DNA of 60,881 nt, filler included, from Hausera hauseri (taxonomy: Eukaryota): assembly GCA_046269625.1 (NCBI GenBank). It is 10 parts of 10 records of this genome, joined end to end, with 100 filler letters (N's around TTAATTAATTAA, not from the genome) between each part and the next. Parts side by side here need not be neighbours in the genome. Positions count along the whole stretch, not along the records: positions 21,283 to 25,790 come from JBJURY010549008.1; positions 25,891 to 30,449 come from JBJURY010528012.1; positions 30,550 to 34,586 come from JBJURY010803310.1; positions 34,687 to 39,332 come from JBJURY010490021.1; 6 more parts are not named here. One strand, 5' to 3'. The notes under the pieces were generated by a model. It had not been told where the DNA came from, searched no databases, and saw nothing but the letters and a program-made list of their open reading frames with translations. The stretch's first letter is position 1, and each line of letters starts with the position of its first letter. Of the stretch, positions 23,870 to 36,544 are shown piece by piece. Both the position numbers and the translations under genes were made by a program.

Positions 23870-25600
23870 TAATTTTTTTGAAATATCTTAATGATAATGA
23901 TATATTGAAGACTCTTTATAACCTGTTTGACTTAACAAATACAAAAGGTTTATTGATGAGTACAGAGGACAAAACATTTTGTCAAACGCAAAAAGATATT
24001 AAAGGAGAAGTTGGATATATCACTGAAGAAATGTACAAATTCATCCATCCAAAACTCAGATTGCATCACAACTACAACATACTAAAGGCTTACATCAGTT
24101 AACAGAAAGTGTACTACAACATGATTCAGTATCTATAACTGATGAAGATCAGGAGTCATACTGTGAAGAGTATCGGAACCCAAAAGGATAAAGTAATTAA
24201 CAAAATCTTCAACAAGAAAAGTAGTATCTTTTAACGAGAAATGTAAATGTTAGCACCAGGAAGGCAGCCAAGATTTGTAAACAACTAAAAGAATCAGGTA
24301 TTAATATTTCTTCATCTTCACAACCTGGAGTATACAGGGTGCAATTAATAAAACGCTCTACGAGCCTAACATAATCTGAAACTTGATTCAGAACCATAAG
24401 GAGCAACAAGACAAAAGAGATGATATAATAAAATTTATTTTGACATGAATATAGAATACAATTGTTCAAAGTGCCCTCCTTCAGCAGTAATTACGGCCTC
24501 AAGACGAGGTCGAAACTTGAAGCAGGTTGTCCTAATGTACTTCTCTGACATGTTGGTCCACTCCTTAATAATGGACTTCTTCAAGCTGTCTGTGCTGGCA
24601 TGGGGATGAGCAGAGGCCTTGGTCTCAACATACTCCCAAGTTGAATAATCCAGGGGATTTAGAGAGCTCGCTGGCCACATTTTTGTACCAGAAATTTTTG
24701 ATGTTTTTCTCAAGCTAATTCTGGACTAAGTTCGAAGTGTGGGCCGGAGCCCCGTCCTGCTGGAACACAGTGTTGGCCTCCTTTGTATAGTTGGAATCAA
24801 TCCAGGGCTTGACATGAACCATCAGAACTTCTTCAGAACCTCCAGATACACTTCCTTGGTCACTTTTATGTTCTTTTTGAAGAAGACCGGATGCATTTTC
24901 TTACCATCACAGGAGACCAGTCCAAACATTATGACTGAGGCCAAATGCTTTGTCTGGAATGTATGTTTAACATTGTCAGGGACATCCTTTGGGTCATCCA
25001 TACTGATGTACCTGTCATTCCGTCTGCTGGCGACACAGTTGACGGTGAACTCCTTCTCATCTGTGAAGAGGATGACAGGCATGCCTCTCTTCAGAATCTG
25101 GAGTAACTTCTTACTTCTTTCCAATCTTGCTTCCTTCTGGTTTGTTGTGATCAGCTGTCTCTTTTTCTTGACCCTTGACTTGGCTTTGAGGTCTTCCTCA
25201 TGGACCTGACTGGCTTCCTCCGGATCTTCTCACGAACGGACTTAATCAGAGCCTTGGTCCGATCTGATCTGGGTCGTCCACTTCCGAGCATTTTTCTGGC
25301 ACTGCCCGTCCCCCTGGTCATAGTGCTCCGGGCACACTTCAAGGCATAGGTAATGTCCTTGTTGGTCATTTCGGCGTGAAACATGAAAAATTGATTGATT
25401 TGAAAGCATTTTTCATATTATTTTTATTCATTGTTTACAAATTAAAGTATAAAGTTCAAAAGTACTATCTTTGAGCCAAAGATGTCTCATTTCGCAGGAA
25501 ATTTAAAACATTTTAAACTTTTATACTAAGCACTTAAAGTAACGGAGCGTTTTTTTAATAGCACCATGTACAAAGCTTTAATAAAAACAGCAGAATTTAC
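23870..25600 (+). mobile_element. Fragment of an unclassified transposase-like ORF, interrupted by the Tc1/mariner element
   Basis: LMSTEDKTFCQTQ..GEVGY and VSTRKAAKICKQLKESGINISSSQPGVY|KALIKTAE; the frame rejoins across the insertion. Confidence 0.5.
24335..25568 (-). mobile_element. Full-length decayed Tc1/mariner transposon, probably DD37D (maT-like)
   Basis: TIRs CAGGGTGCAATTAATAAAACGCTC (24335-24358) and its near reverse complement (25545-25568), TA on both sides. Motifs GSGRPRS, ILFTDEKEF, VFQQDGAPAH, WPASS--LNPLDY. Spacing is 37 after restoring the deleted PD and one frameshift. Confidence 0.93.
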
Positions 25601-25949
25601 GATGTATACACTCCCACAGTATCCTCCTTGTACTTTGAAAAATCCCTCTATTAGTGGATGAACAACTGATTTTTAAATCAAACAAAAACCACGGCAAATT
25701 TAAACACTTACACTGTTCCAAGCCCCAGCTTTTTCTACAAGAAATTCAAAATTGACACATATTTGATCCTTAGGTCGTGGAAACTGTTCANNNNNNNNNN
25801 NNNNNNNNNNNNNNNNNNNNNNNNNNNNNNNNNNTTAATTAATTAANNNNNNNNNNNNNNNNNNNNNNNNNNNNNNNNNNNNNNNNNNNNTTATTTATTT
25901 TTTATTTACAGTTAGAGTTAGAATTTGAAACAGGACAGTTATCCTGTTC

Positions 25950-28900
25950 ATCGTTAACGAAGACTGCTGGCTTAAGATTAAAAATGTGTACATTTTAAGG
26001 TCTATTCTTGCGTAAGATAGTGGCCGTATGCAAAGAAAAGTTGAGTAGTTTATAAGGTCCAGCGCATTGAGGCCGAAAAACCGAAGGCGATGGATCCTTC
26101 AGCCATACAATCTTCGCTGAGTATAAGTCCTCAGGAATATAAGATTTGTTTTTATTTATAACATGGCAAAAGGCATTTGAGTTGATATCAGCAAAGTGGG
26201 ACTGTGCCGCACGATTAACGTCATCTGATGGAGTTTCATTGAGACTGTAGAGCTAAAATAGTGCACGAATTGGTGTCCCAAAGAGAGCTTCAGCTGGAGT
26301 ACAGCCTGTGGTGGTGGATGGTGTGTTGCCAAGTAGAAATGAGGCCCAGCCTCGATTGTTATTTGCCAGAATATTCAGGGAAATTTTCATGGTACTTCGA
26401 AATCTCTCAAGAAGACCATTTACTTGGGGATAATACGGTGTGGTATGAAAGTGGGCTATCCCAAGGGCTTCACCAGAGATATAAAAAGATCAGCTTCAAA
26501 TTGCGAACCCTGGTTCGTTATTATGTGACGTGGTGAACCAAAACGACTGACCCATATTTTGATAAAGGCATCTGCTATTGAGTCGGTATTGATTAATCGT
26601 AGAGGAAGGGCTTCCGGCCAGAGAGAAGCGCGATCCATCATGGAAACGATGTATTGATAGCCGTTGTCGGATGGCAAAGGACCGACAAGATCCAAATGCA
26701 CAGTGTCAAAACGGGACGTACAAGGGAAGTGGTAAATTGGTGGCTTGAGGTGTTTATGGACCTTGTATTGCTGGCATGCTGCACATCTTTTAACCCAGAT
26801 CTGTACATCTGTACGCATAGTTGGCCATACAACGTAGAGTTGCAGTAGACGAAATGTGGCTTTTGAACCCAGATGATGAAGAGAGTGAAAGTAATTAAAA
26901 GCTGTCTTTTGTAGCGATGGAGCAAGAATGATTTTCTTGTTGGTCGAGTTGGAAGTGTCATAAGCGATGCCATTGGTGATTTCAACAGATTTAAAATCCT
27001 GGAGAATAACAGATGATGGGTGCTTGCTTTTCAAGACCTCAGAGGAGAAAATTGGCCGAACTGTAATTGAGTTAACCGACCGTGAAAGAAAATCCGCTAC
27101 TAAATTTTCGGTACCTGAAATATATTTTATGGAAAAACTAAACGTCGACATGTATGATATCTGTCGTTCTTGTCTGGATGAGGGCTGTTTCACAGTCATT
27201 ATGTGAAGTAGAGGCTTATGGTCGGTGTAGATGGTAAATTGACGTGAAAGAAGCAAGTGCTTGAAATGATTTACCGCTAGAACTACAGCTAAGAGTTTAC
27301 GATCGAATGTTGAGTATCGGCTTTCCGGTTGCGTTTGGCTTTGGAAAGGCCAAGATTTCCACAGTTTTCAGACCTTCACGAAGGCGATCAAATTAATTTA
27401 GTAGATCGGGAGTTTAATGGATTAATTGTCTTTTCTTCCATTATGAGATGTATGCGAAATGTGCCGTTAGTTCGCAGCAGTGTGGCACGTATTTTTGAAC
27501 GAAATGCAATATGCCTAGAAAACTCTTCATATCAATAGTAGTAGTTGGCAACGTCACACTTTTTAACTATTGTAAACGATCAGGCTGGGGCGAATGCTCT
27601 TCGGGATTAGTTATGTTGCCTAAGACGTTGACGCGTTTTTGAAGAAATTGCATTTGGCGAAATTAATTTGCAGGTTGCTTTGGAGAAATCTGCAGAAAAT
27701 AATTCTAAGGTGCTCGTGATATTGTTTGATAGAGCTGGAAGCGACTAATATGTCATCTATGTATGGATCAGAAAAATCAAGTCCAGAAAGAACGGTGTCA
27801 ATGTGGCGCTGAAAGGTCCGAAATGCACTACGTAGGCCGAAAGGCATGAAGATGTATTTGTAAGGGTCAAATGGTATGATGGCAGCAGTTTTTGGAATGT
27901 CATCAGGGGCAACAGGAATTTGATGGAAGGCCTTGTGCAGATCAATGGTACAATAGGTATTGGTGTTGTTGAGGCTATGAAGGATATCTTTAATGAGTGG
28001 AGTCTAGAGACAAGAATGAATGAGGCATATCATGAAAGAAAACAGCTCCAGTGATTGACAAAAAACAACTGACATCGCTACTGTCGACGCCTAATTTGGA
28101 TTTTTGTTTTAGAATAGATTTATGATTTTTGTTCATAATTGAAACATTACCGACTTTATCGGGAGTTTTTTTATAGAACACAAGGCGTTCAACATGTTCA
28201 CAGAAGAGTGCAATGAATTGCTCGCTAAGTTGTCTATGAGACACATGCTTCAAGTTGCAATCGAGTTCCTGCTTAATAGACAGCTGTATTTGCAATCTAC
28301 CAATAAATCACATGCGGCAAGAAAATCTGAGCCTATTATGGGAGATTTAATGTTGTCCACGTGGAACTTCCAGACAAGCTTATCTGGCAAGTTTGCTAAT
28401 GTGAAAGTCAGTTCCGTGATTCCTGCAACGTGCAACGGTTGACCACTGGCAATGAAAAGCGGTGGATAGGAAATCATAGTCTATGTAGGAACAAAGGATA
28501 AGGGGAGGAGCGAAAAGACAGCTCCTGAGTTTATAAGGAAGTCGATATATGAAGTATCTCTGCATAACAGTACAGCTTCCAACAAAAAGACAGCAGAGGA
28601 GGTGTTAAAATGGTCAGAAGTTTGAGCAATATTGTTTGCGCCACAATGTTCCATAAAATCTGGCGGCATTTTTAGTTTTTTGAAGTTTTTGGAGAAAAGG
28701 AATAAGAGGAAGAAAAGCGAGGAGATTTATTGTTGTAATGTCTACAACCGGGAACGCATGATCTAGCCTGTGACTGGAACTTATTTTGGTAGACACAAAT
28801 AGGGTTGTTCATAGCGTACCGTTCGCTGTACAACCGACAACCCAAAAAGCATTTCCTAGCATCCCTTCGAAATCGCGTGTGATAGAATCAAGTCATGCGT

Positions 28901-30449
28901 CCGCCGGATAAAATGGATCGAACAGAGTTTCTGGAAATGCTTCTCTCCTTTGAAGGTCTGGTTTCACTTTGTCGAGGCCCACTAAGATTATTTAATTGGG
29001 TAGTAATGGCCGAAATCGACTGTTGTAACTTGTCAAATTGTTGCTGCATCTTTTGCAATTGTTGAATAAAAAATGTTGTTGGAGCACATGTGGTTGCATC
29101 CGCAATAGGGAGAGAACTGTTGGTATGAAAAATCTGAAAGGATTTATCAGCCATTATTGAAGTTTTTTGATAGTAGTGGATTCATCGACAACGGTTAGTA
29201 AGGCTCTGATTGAGGTGGGCAACGATGACAAAAAATAACGGTGAATTATATCCGCGTTATTCGTAGGTGTCACTCCTAGACCAGTATGCTGCAGAATGGC
29301 GTTTTGGAGAAAGTCGGATGGCTTTTGGCTTCCTATCGCGTGGTCGTTAAAATGCTTTTGTATTATACTGTCAATCGAAGGATCCGTGATATGCAGTACA
29401 GCTTCATAGAGTGTCTCGCAAGGTGTCGAGGATTGTAGCAGCTTGGAGATATTACTAATCTGCTACTTGACGTTGGCAGGCAGAAGAATTAAAAGGCTAT
29501 TGGCTCAAGAAAAAGAATCACTAATGTTGTTCGATTTTAGCCACTGTTGATGGAATTGGAGCCATGGTTTGCTGGAATTGTTTTTGTCGAGGAAAAATTC
29601 CATACAAGGTAAATTTAATGAACCTTGTAACTGTTGGAAGTGTGGCAAACGATAGACGTTGCCTGTATTTGTGGGTTCGTCATCCGAGAAGGATGGGTTT
29701 GAATCCGATCCACCTCGAAGGCGAAAATGGAGCACCAAGTGGATAACTGGACGTTTGTGGCATGTGAAAAGCAAAAGGGAGTTGGGAGGATGTGTTATAA
29801 ACCTTTGATATGTGAAATAGAAATCGGAAATATAATATGATGAGGACAAAGCGTTATATAGGCACTGTGCTGTCTCGTTGAGTGGAGCTTTTAAGGTTGT
29901 AATGTGTTGATTGTAGCTAAAGACCAGGAAAGATAACTGTAATGAGGTAATTCCAGGGAAACGATGAAATGCACGTGGGGCTTTGATGGTTACCTTTTGG
30001 GTTAAGAAGCGGTTAGAGCGTACAGCCGGGAAAGTAGTGGTAAGCATTGATTGTAATAAAAGAATATCCTAGATTTTTGAGCTTAAAAGGTTTTCAAAAT
30101 TGAGTTTGGTGTTGGCCATAAAAGATTTGTGAGAGCGCAAAAAATGGTCGTACTGGTGGGCGCAAACAATTGAAAAAAACGTCACACACCTGTGTCCGAA
30201 TGTAGTTTTGCTGAACGCAGTGACAGCATTTTCATTGTAACCAAATATCGACAGTGTGCTTGCAACATGGAATGATTGCGCTAAACCGAAATGTTCACCG
30301 TGTGAACTGATCTGTCTTCGCGGTAAGAGGATATCAGTGTCGGCAATATCGGAGGATATTGGTGGACCCAGATTTTTCTGAGATCGTCCAGCGTTAGTCA
30401 TTCTGCCTTGAACGTCAAAAACTGGCGTAGGTCTTTTATTCATAGCTTT
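25950..30449 (-). mobile_element. Ty3/gypsy retrotransposon, decayed: extended ORF1 (unknown domain, UBL, Gag), PR, RT, RNase H, integrase
   Basis: Gag GSQKPSDFL..YFLSSLP..MADK and knuckle remnant FYHTRFRRDARKC..GC; protease FLINSGAVFSLLP; RT LHKAFHQIPV, MPFGLRSAFRTFQR, YIDDILVASS; RNase H YSTFDRKLLAV..YTDHKPL; integrase HSLHHLG..CAACQ..VHLDLVGPLP..WPEA; AGPYKL. Confidence 0.95.
29709..29936 (-). CDS. Ubiquitin-like domain ending RLRGG, fused in frame upstream of Gag
   Basis: Residues 38-113 of ORF 29505-30047 (76 aa): LSFLVFSYNQHITTLKAPLNETAQCLYNALSSSYYISDFYFTYQ...VIHLVLHFRLRGG, against ubiquitin ...TLHLVLRLRGG. Confidence 0.75.
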
Positions 30450-30549
30450 NNNNNNNNNNNNNNNNNNNNNNNNNNNNNNNNNNNNNNNNNNNNTTAATTA
30501 ATTAANNNNNNNNNNNNNNNNNNNNNNNNNNNNNNNNNNNNNNNNNNNN

Positions 30550-30892
30550 CAGTCAGTAGATTTAAATTCTAACTGCACATTCACACACAACATCAAGTGC
30601 ACTACCGATTGCACCCAATCCCAAACCCTAATGATCGGTTTTTGATTTTTCGAAAATCCAATATTATTGATTTTTGCACACTTGCACTGTGCACCAGTCG
30701 AAGCACCTCGATGTGCTCTATCGATGAACACTTTGTTCCTATCGATTTGATCAGTAGTACACGGTGCAGCGATCGATAAGTAAAAAGTGCAAAGATGTGC
30801 ATAGCAACGGTGCCTAGCGGTCGGCACATGTGCAAAATCGATTTATCGATTATTCCCCGGGGGTGAGACTGAACCGCCATTTTCACACCACT
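30550..30892. repeat. End of an unclassified interspersed repeat, homologous to 21283-21577
   Basis: Shared sequence as above; ends CCACT followed by ATATATAT. Confidence 0.85.
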
Positions 30893-30959
30893 ATATATAT
30901 TTTTTAAGTGTTCTTCTCGGTCTAATAATGTCAGTCTTAACGAGTGCGGATGAGGATAT

Positions 30960-33900
30960 CATTTTGGCATCTTTTGATCTTCTAGATCAATTTCATCATT
31001 TCAGCCAGGATTTTTCTGAAGCGGAATAGTTAATCTCAAGGCTTTAGCTTTACCAATATCTTCTTCGTCTTTAGCGACGACTGAACTACAGCGGCAAAGT
31101 AGTTCGTAAAAACGACATTGTGATTCCGGTGAGAATTTAGTATCGACGTGAGGTAGAAATTCGGCACATGTGTAAGGTTTTTCTTCAATTGTTATCGATG
31201 ATACTCTATACGTGTGACTCAAGTTGGTATTGGTGTACAATTTCATTGGGGTCTGTGCATTATTAGCTATTCTGATTGGTACGCGACCAGTTGATATTCT
31301 CGTTAATATATTACTGAGCACAATGCTTGGGTTTAGCGATTGTTTTGGCTCAAAATATACTGGTTTGTCGTCATCTTGACGGATCTGAGCAGATATTAAC
31401 ATTTCGTTTCTGGGTGGAAAATTTTCATCCACTGGGATCCATACTTCTCCATATTTTTTATCTTAAATAGTTTTAACTCCTTTTATCGGACCTAGCTGTA
31501 TTAATTTTACAGCATGAAAGTCTATGGCTACAGTTGGTAGTTGTCATAACAGATCATATCCTAATACTACATCATCCTTTTACTATTCCATTACTAAGAA
31601 TTAGTCATGATTTATCAGCGATATTTCGGATGCTGTGTATATCAGTGCGCATACTTCCCAATCTTCTAACTGAATTTTTGCAAAGGGTCCACCTTCGATT
31701 ACCGTACCATAGTAATTCGGTGATATTTTGGATGTTGAATCGTTGATACATTATACGTATTAATTCTAACTTCTGTTGCTGCAACTGGTTGGTTGATTAA
31801 CTGTCTTAGTTCTCCATTTGGATACGGTTCATTATTCACACAATTGACGATTTCTGTTTCCTGACTTCTAACTTCTGAGTAATTTTCTTGGTTTCTAAAA
31901 GTCTGCATTTCGTGGTCTCTTGAAAATGATGATCGTATTTTGTTCATCCTGAGTATTTTAGGTGAATAAATTATTCCATGGTCGTCAACTGCTGGACGAC
32001 GATACGAAGCAGATGTTCTTTTTGTTCCGTATATTTTCCGTAATACACCGTAGTGTTTTCTTCCTTCATGAGGATTCTCATAGCTAAACGGATTCCTATA
32101 GATATTCGTTTAATATGAACTCAAATGCTTTCTCACAATCCTCATATATAGGCGCAGTTGACGGTAATATTGGTAACGGTGGTTTTATAACGGAATAGTT
32201 TTTATGTCTATTTATCTTGGAAACAGCGTTTCCTCGCTTAAGCTCGTCATTGTCAGACTTATCTCTTCGTGTTTTTATGTGCATGGATTTGCATTTGTAA
32301 TTAAATGTATTTTGCGTTTTACGTTTTCGATTGCAATAACCAACATGTCATTCAACATCCGCTTTCCATATACTTCCCTTGTAAGCTTTTAGAAAGCTTC
32401 TAGTAATAGGCGTCACTAATCTTGGAATATCCTGATATATTACCGGGAATTCTTGGAAGTATTTGTTTTCTTCAACATTAATAGGTACATCTCTTTTTTG
32501 CATTCATAGGTCAATAAAACTTCTCCGGTCACTCGGCCAAAACATCTTCCTTCATTGGAATTATCGGCTATGCTAGCTCGGAATTGGCATATATCAAAGC
32601 CAGTTGAGTTTTTATGATTTTTAAGTCTAATTTACAATCGTTCGTTATCATTTTGTGGTATAGTTAGGTTATTCTGGCTTGTCCTTCATAATAGAAATAA
32701 TCACGTCTATCTTTAGATAATCCTCAATTCGTATATCTTCAGTCTCAGTCTTGAATGTTTTGACATTTATGTCTGTTTCAACTACAAGAAATGCTTCATA
32801 GTTAGTGGCATACATCACAACATCACATCGTGTAAGTACGTCGTTTTTCACAAATTGTAGTGCATGAGTATCGGAAATTAATATAGTAGGTGTACGTTGT
32901 TCAGCTACGTCTTCTCGCGTTTTCGAGTTTGTTTGCATACTATTTACGTAACGTTTTCCTGACGTTTCGTTAAACTTTACTTCTTTAATTTTGCTAAAAT
33001 TGCAATCCGTCTTGGCTGGAGGTTCGCAAATTACTACTGAACTACTAAAAGCACAAGTGCTGTCTTGAATACGGTACTTGTGGTTTTCAGTGTAAAGTTT
33101 AGTAACGCTATGAAACATCACTTTTTGTGTTCGCATCTCGGTTTCATAGAAGTCCACAACCACTATGGTTGATTCTATTCCTTCAACAGTATCATATTCT
33201 GCACCGTCACAGTCTCCGTCATGCAAATCTAATTTCCCTGCTGCTACTTTAAATGCTCAGATTATTTTTCCTTGCTGCATTTCAAGTTCCATGTCATCCA
33301 ATTACAATCTACCTTTTTCTCTAGCTTGCTTACAATGCTGGCGTCTGGAACTCCTACATACTAATCAGTTTTAGACTTTCGCGTGGCTTTTTCTTTTGCT
33401 TCCTCAGTGGTGACTATTGCCACTATACAATTTGTTTCGTCTGGGATAATCCCAATGTCTATTAAGTGTTCCACTTTGTCTAATATTCTACCTGTCTACA
33501 GTCTATAATTCAATTCGTTTCCGCCACCATTGCTTATTAGGCACTGTTTTGCATCTCTTACGGAGGAGTGCGTAGTAAACTTACATTCTTTTTCATCCAT
33601 CCATTCAAAAGATATCCTTACTTTAATCGTCTCTTCGGGTTTAGTCCTTAAGAATTTAGCATACTCCATTATTAAAAGTTTCGGTACTGCACTATAAATT
33701 GCATTTTTACTAGATAATTTAGTCATAGTGGGAACTAACTGTTTTATCTTATTTTCGATGATGCTTACATTAATTAAGTTAATTAAATCTTTTTCAGTTT
33801 GCGCTGAATCCAGAAGCATCTCCATACTGAATCTCCATGTTAAGGGCACGTCTCTGCTTGGTTCAAATATACTGGAGTTTTCGGATTCTCAGCAACCATT

Positions 33901-34586
33901 GCGTCTAAATTCGCATCCCATTCTGGATTGTTTTAATTCTTTCGTGGTAGGTAATTAATTACTGGCATATCCACTGGTCTGACTGCGTTCGTATCACGTA
34001 TCGATTCACTTAGCTCGCGCAACATTTGTTTCATTTTAACCATTTGTGTCATTCGGAAGCAGCATCCATTGCCGGAAGTTTGATGCAATAATGTTAGAAA
34101 CTAGCATAATTCGTAGGCCTGGATCATTTCTTTTTCTTGATAATTAGTTAATTCAGAGCCTACATCTCTTTGCCATTTTCGCACAAATTGTGATTTTTCA
34201 GCAATTTCTGACTCCATAATGGCATAATTATTTCTATAAACTTCCAATTCTTGGGTTGAATCATCTATTTCTGCTTTTCTTTGGTCGGTGAGAATTTGCA
34301 TTTTCCGAATTTTGCATATTCGGGTCTGTAGCTATCTCATTTTTTCATCACTCATTTCGGCCATTTCGACTAACAATAGGACTAACTTCCTTATCTGTTC
34401 TAAGATTTTATAGTCTGGATCGATTTCCGCGATTAGATTCTTTACGATACTCGTTTCTTCAGTGATCTTCCATTATTTCCGTTAATTTGGTTTGCCATTT
34501 CTGATCAATTCCAAGTATCCAATTAGTTGGATTTTGCAAGAAATTTAACTCATCTACAATAGAGTTCTCATGATCTGAACAAATAT
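30960..34586 (-). mobile_element. Env-before-pol Ty3/gypsy-type element, internally deleted copy (coiled-coil region, UBL ~33630-33410, glycoprotein ~33345-32400, linker, protease ~31690-31480, pre-RT spacer)
   Basis: Collinear with 39433-45920. Glycoprotein GDCDG..CAFSSSVVICE..C..C..YATNY..YECKKRDVP..FQEFPV..VTPITR; protease ALIYTASEISLI; ends at the RT start DIGKAK. Confidence 0.88.
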
Positions 34587-34686
34587 NNNNNNNNNNNNNN
34601 NNNNNNNNNNNNNNNNNNNNNNNNNNNNNNTTAATTAATTAANNNNNNNNNNNNNNNNNNNNNNNNNNNNNNNNNNNNNNNNNNNN

Positions 34687-35345
34687 CGTTCAACATGGTC
34701 TAATGTCCATCCACTTTTCTTAGACTCACTTTCATCTGCTTCGTGGACTATTTTGTTGATTTCATTTTGAATAAATGCATTGATGCCCGTGTCCATCAAA
34801 ACGGTTTTTCCAGTGGTCTTGAATGCCAGTTTTGTTATTTTACCATCAATATTAGTGTGTATAGTCTCGAGGAAAAAATTTACCTTGATCGCATTTAAAT
34901 CTTGTATTGCATCCTCCAAAATACCAGCGATTTCCAACTTGCGACTTTCCAAAAATTGAACAATACTCCGGTTTTCTTCATTTGTTTGCGGTTCAATTGA
35001 ATATTCACGTACTTTGCACTTCATGGCGTGTTTGACTACCGTTCTTTTGCGTGATGCCTTTTGGTATATTTATTTGTGCTGGCTTTGCCTTTCTTTTTCG
35101 ATTTGAAGGGCCTGGTTCATCTATGTCAATAGCATCTGCTGTTGTTGTTGTTGTTGTTTCGGGAACTTCCATTGCTTCCTTTAACAAATCTCGTTTTTTT
35201 TTTATTGAAATCGTCCCAAGTGTGATCCATATTTATGAATAAAATCCTCATAATTCCATGTTTCGCATGTTTTACATTGAGGACAAACATAATATTGTAC
35301 TTCGTAATGCCTGACTCCGTAGTACTGCATACCACTTGGCATTAT
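34687..35345 (-). pseudogene. N-terminal region of a Polinton-type PolB ORF
   Basis: CPQC motif, then FLESRK..LEDAIQDLNAIKVNFFLE..LAFKT..INKIVHEADESESKKSGWTLDHVE, the xSGW-containing pre-exonuclease segment typical of Polinton PolB. Confidence 0.7.
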
Positions 35346-35971
35346 CTGGGACGTAATTTTTGAACGCGATTGATCGGATGTTGAAGGCGAAAATTGCGAT
35401 GCCAGTTCTACATATATTTTTCTTCTTGACTATGTTTGAAATTGATTTAAGTGGCCATTATTTTGCTTGTAAAATCCCATATAAGGCATATCATTTTGCG
35501 ATCGGCATACACACATGGGCGTCTGTGAGGTCATCGGTGCATAATGCTTCGGTTACTATTCGGTTACTCATCGCCCTATTATTACGGGACCGGTATTGAC
35601 TGTCTGATAACGTTTTCCAGTTCCTCATAAACCATATTCCGGTCCTGGCTCACTTTTTTGCCCTCGTCTCGTGCTTCGGTGCTGCAACCCATCGATTTCG
35701 TTCCTTCGGCTTTCGATGCTCCATTGCTGTCCCATCATTTCTATGTTCCACACATGTCCATGCACCCTTTTTTTTCTAACATCCGATTTTTTCCGTGCAC
35801 TTCCCCTGCTTCCGGTGTGCACCGTATTCTTTTGATGGTGTGTTTTTTGAAATCTCCGTCGACTATTCTACATAGCCAGTGCGTGTGTGCGCATTAGGCA
35901 CGCTTCGGATTAGCTGCATGGCGGGTGAGCCAGAGTAGATAGATGTTAACACACTGGATCAGGCCTCTCAT

Positions 35972-36280
35972 GGAAGGAAAGTAAACAATCAGAGGATGAC
36001 ACGTCATTGGGGGTAGGGAAACTGGCTAATTAGAAGAGGACTCATTATCGGGGGTTACGGAAAACTGGCCAATCAGAAAGCAGTGTTCGGTAGAACCCTC
36101 CCCCCCGAGAACAAAGACTTTTGTGATCTATGGTGGGTTTCACTACACAATCCCCTAGAACAAAGACCCCCCAGAAAAGGAAGGTAACCAATCAGAGGAT
36201 AACACGTCATCAGGGATAGGAAAACTGGCCAATCAGAAAGCAGTATTCAGTAGATCCCCCGAGAACAGAGACTTTTTTGA
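35972..36280. promoter_or_regulatory. Duplicated subterminal block with CCAATCAG boxes and ACACGTCA (CRE-like) sites
   Basis: CAATCAGAGGAT(G/A)ACACGTCA and GAAAACTGGCCAATCAGAAAGCAGT each occur twice. Function is inferred. Confidence 0.45.
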
Positions 36281-36334
36281 TATATGTTAGGTTTCACTTT
36301 CCTCACCTCCTAGAACAAAGACCACACCCCCATC

Positions 36335-36480
36335 AAAAAATCGACCCTCTCGTGATAAAAATCGACCCCCCCTAGACATAAAAATCGACCCTCTCGAGAT
36401 AAAAATCGAACCCATACAGATAAAAGTCGACACCGTACAGATAAAAATCGACCGTCTAGAGATAAAATCGACCCCCCTCA
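36335..36480. repeat. ~21-bp tandem repeat TAAAAATCGACCCTCTCGAGA-like, about 7 copies
   Basis: Direct inspection. Confidence 0.9.
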
Positions 36481-36544
36481 AGGGTACCCCTATTTCCAAA
36501 TTTCTGGTACATATATACCCATGTTAAAATGTTATTTATAAAAA

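Noticed and set aside
27990-28190. Extra gene between protease and RT
   Set aside because: Short unrelated sequence replacing the RT N-terminus, with no recognisable product; treated as decay.
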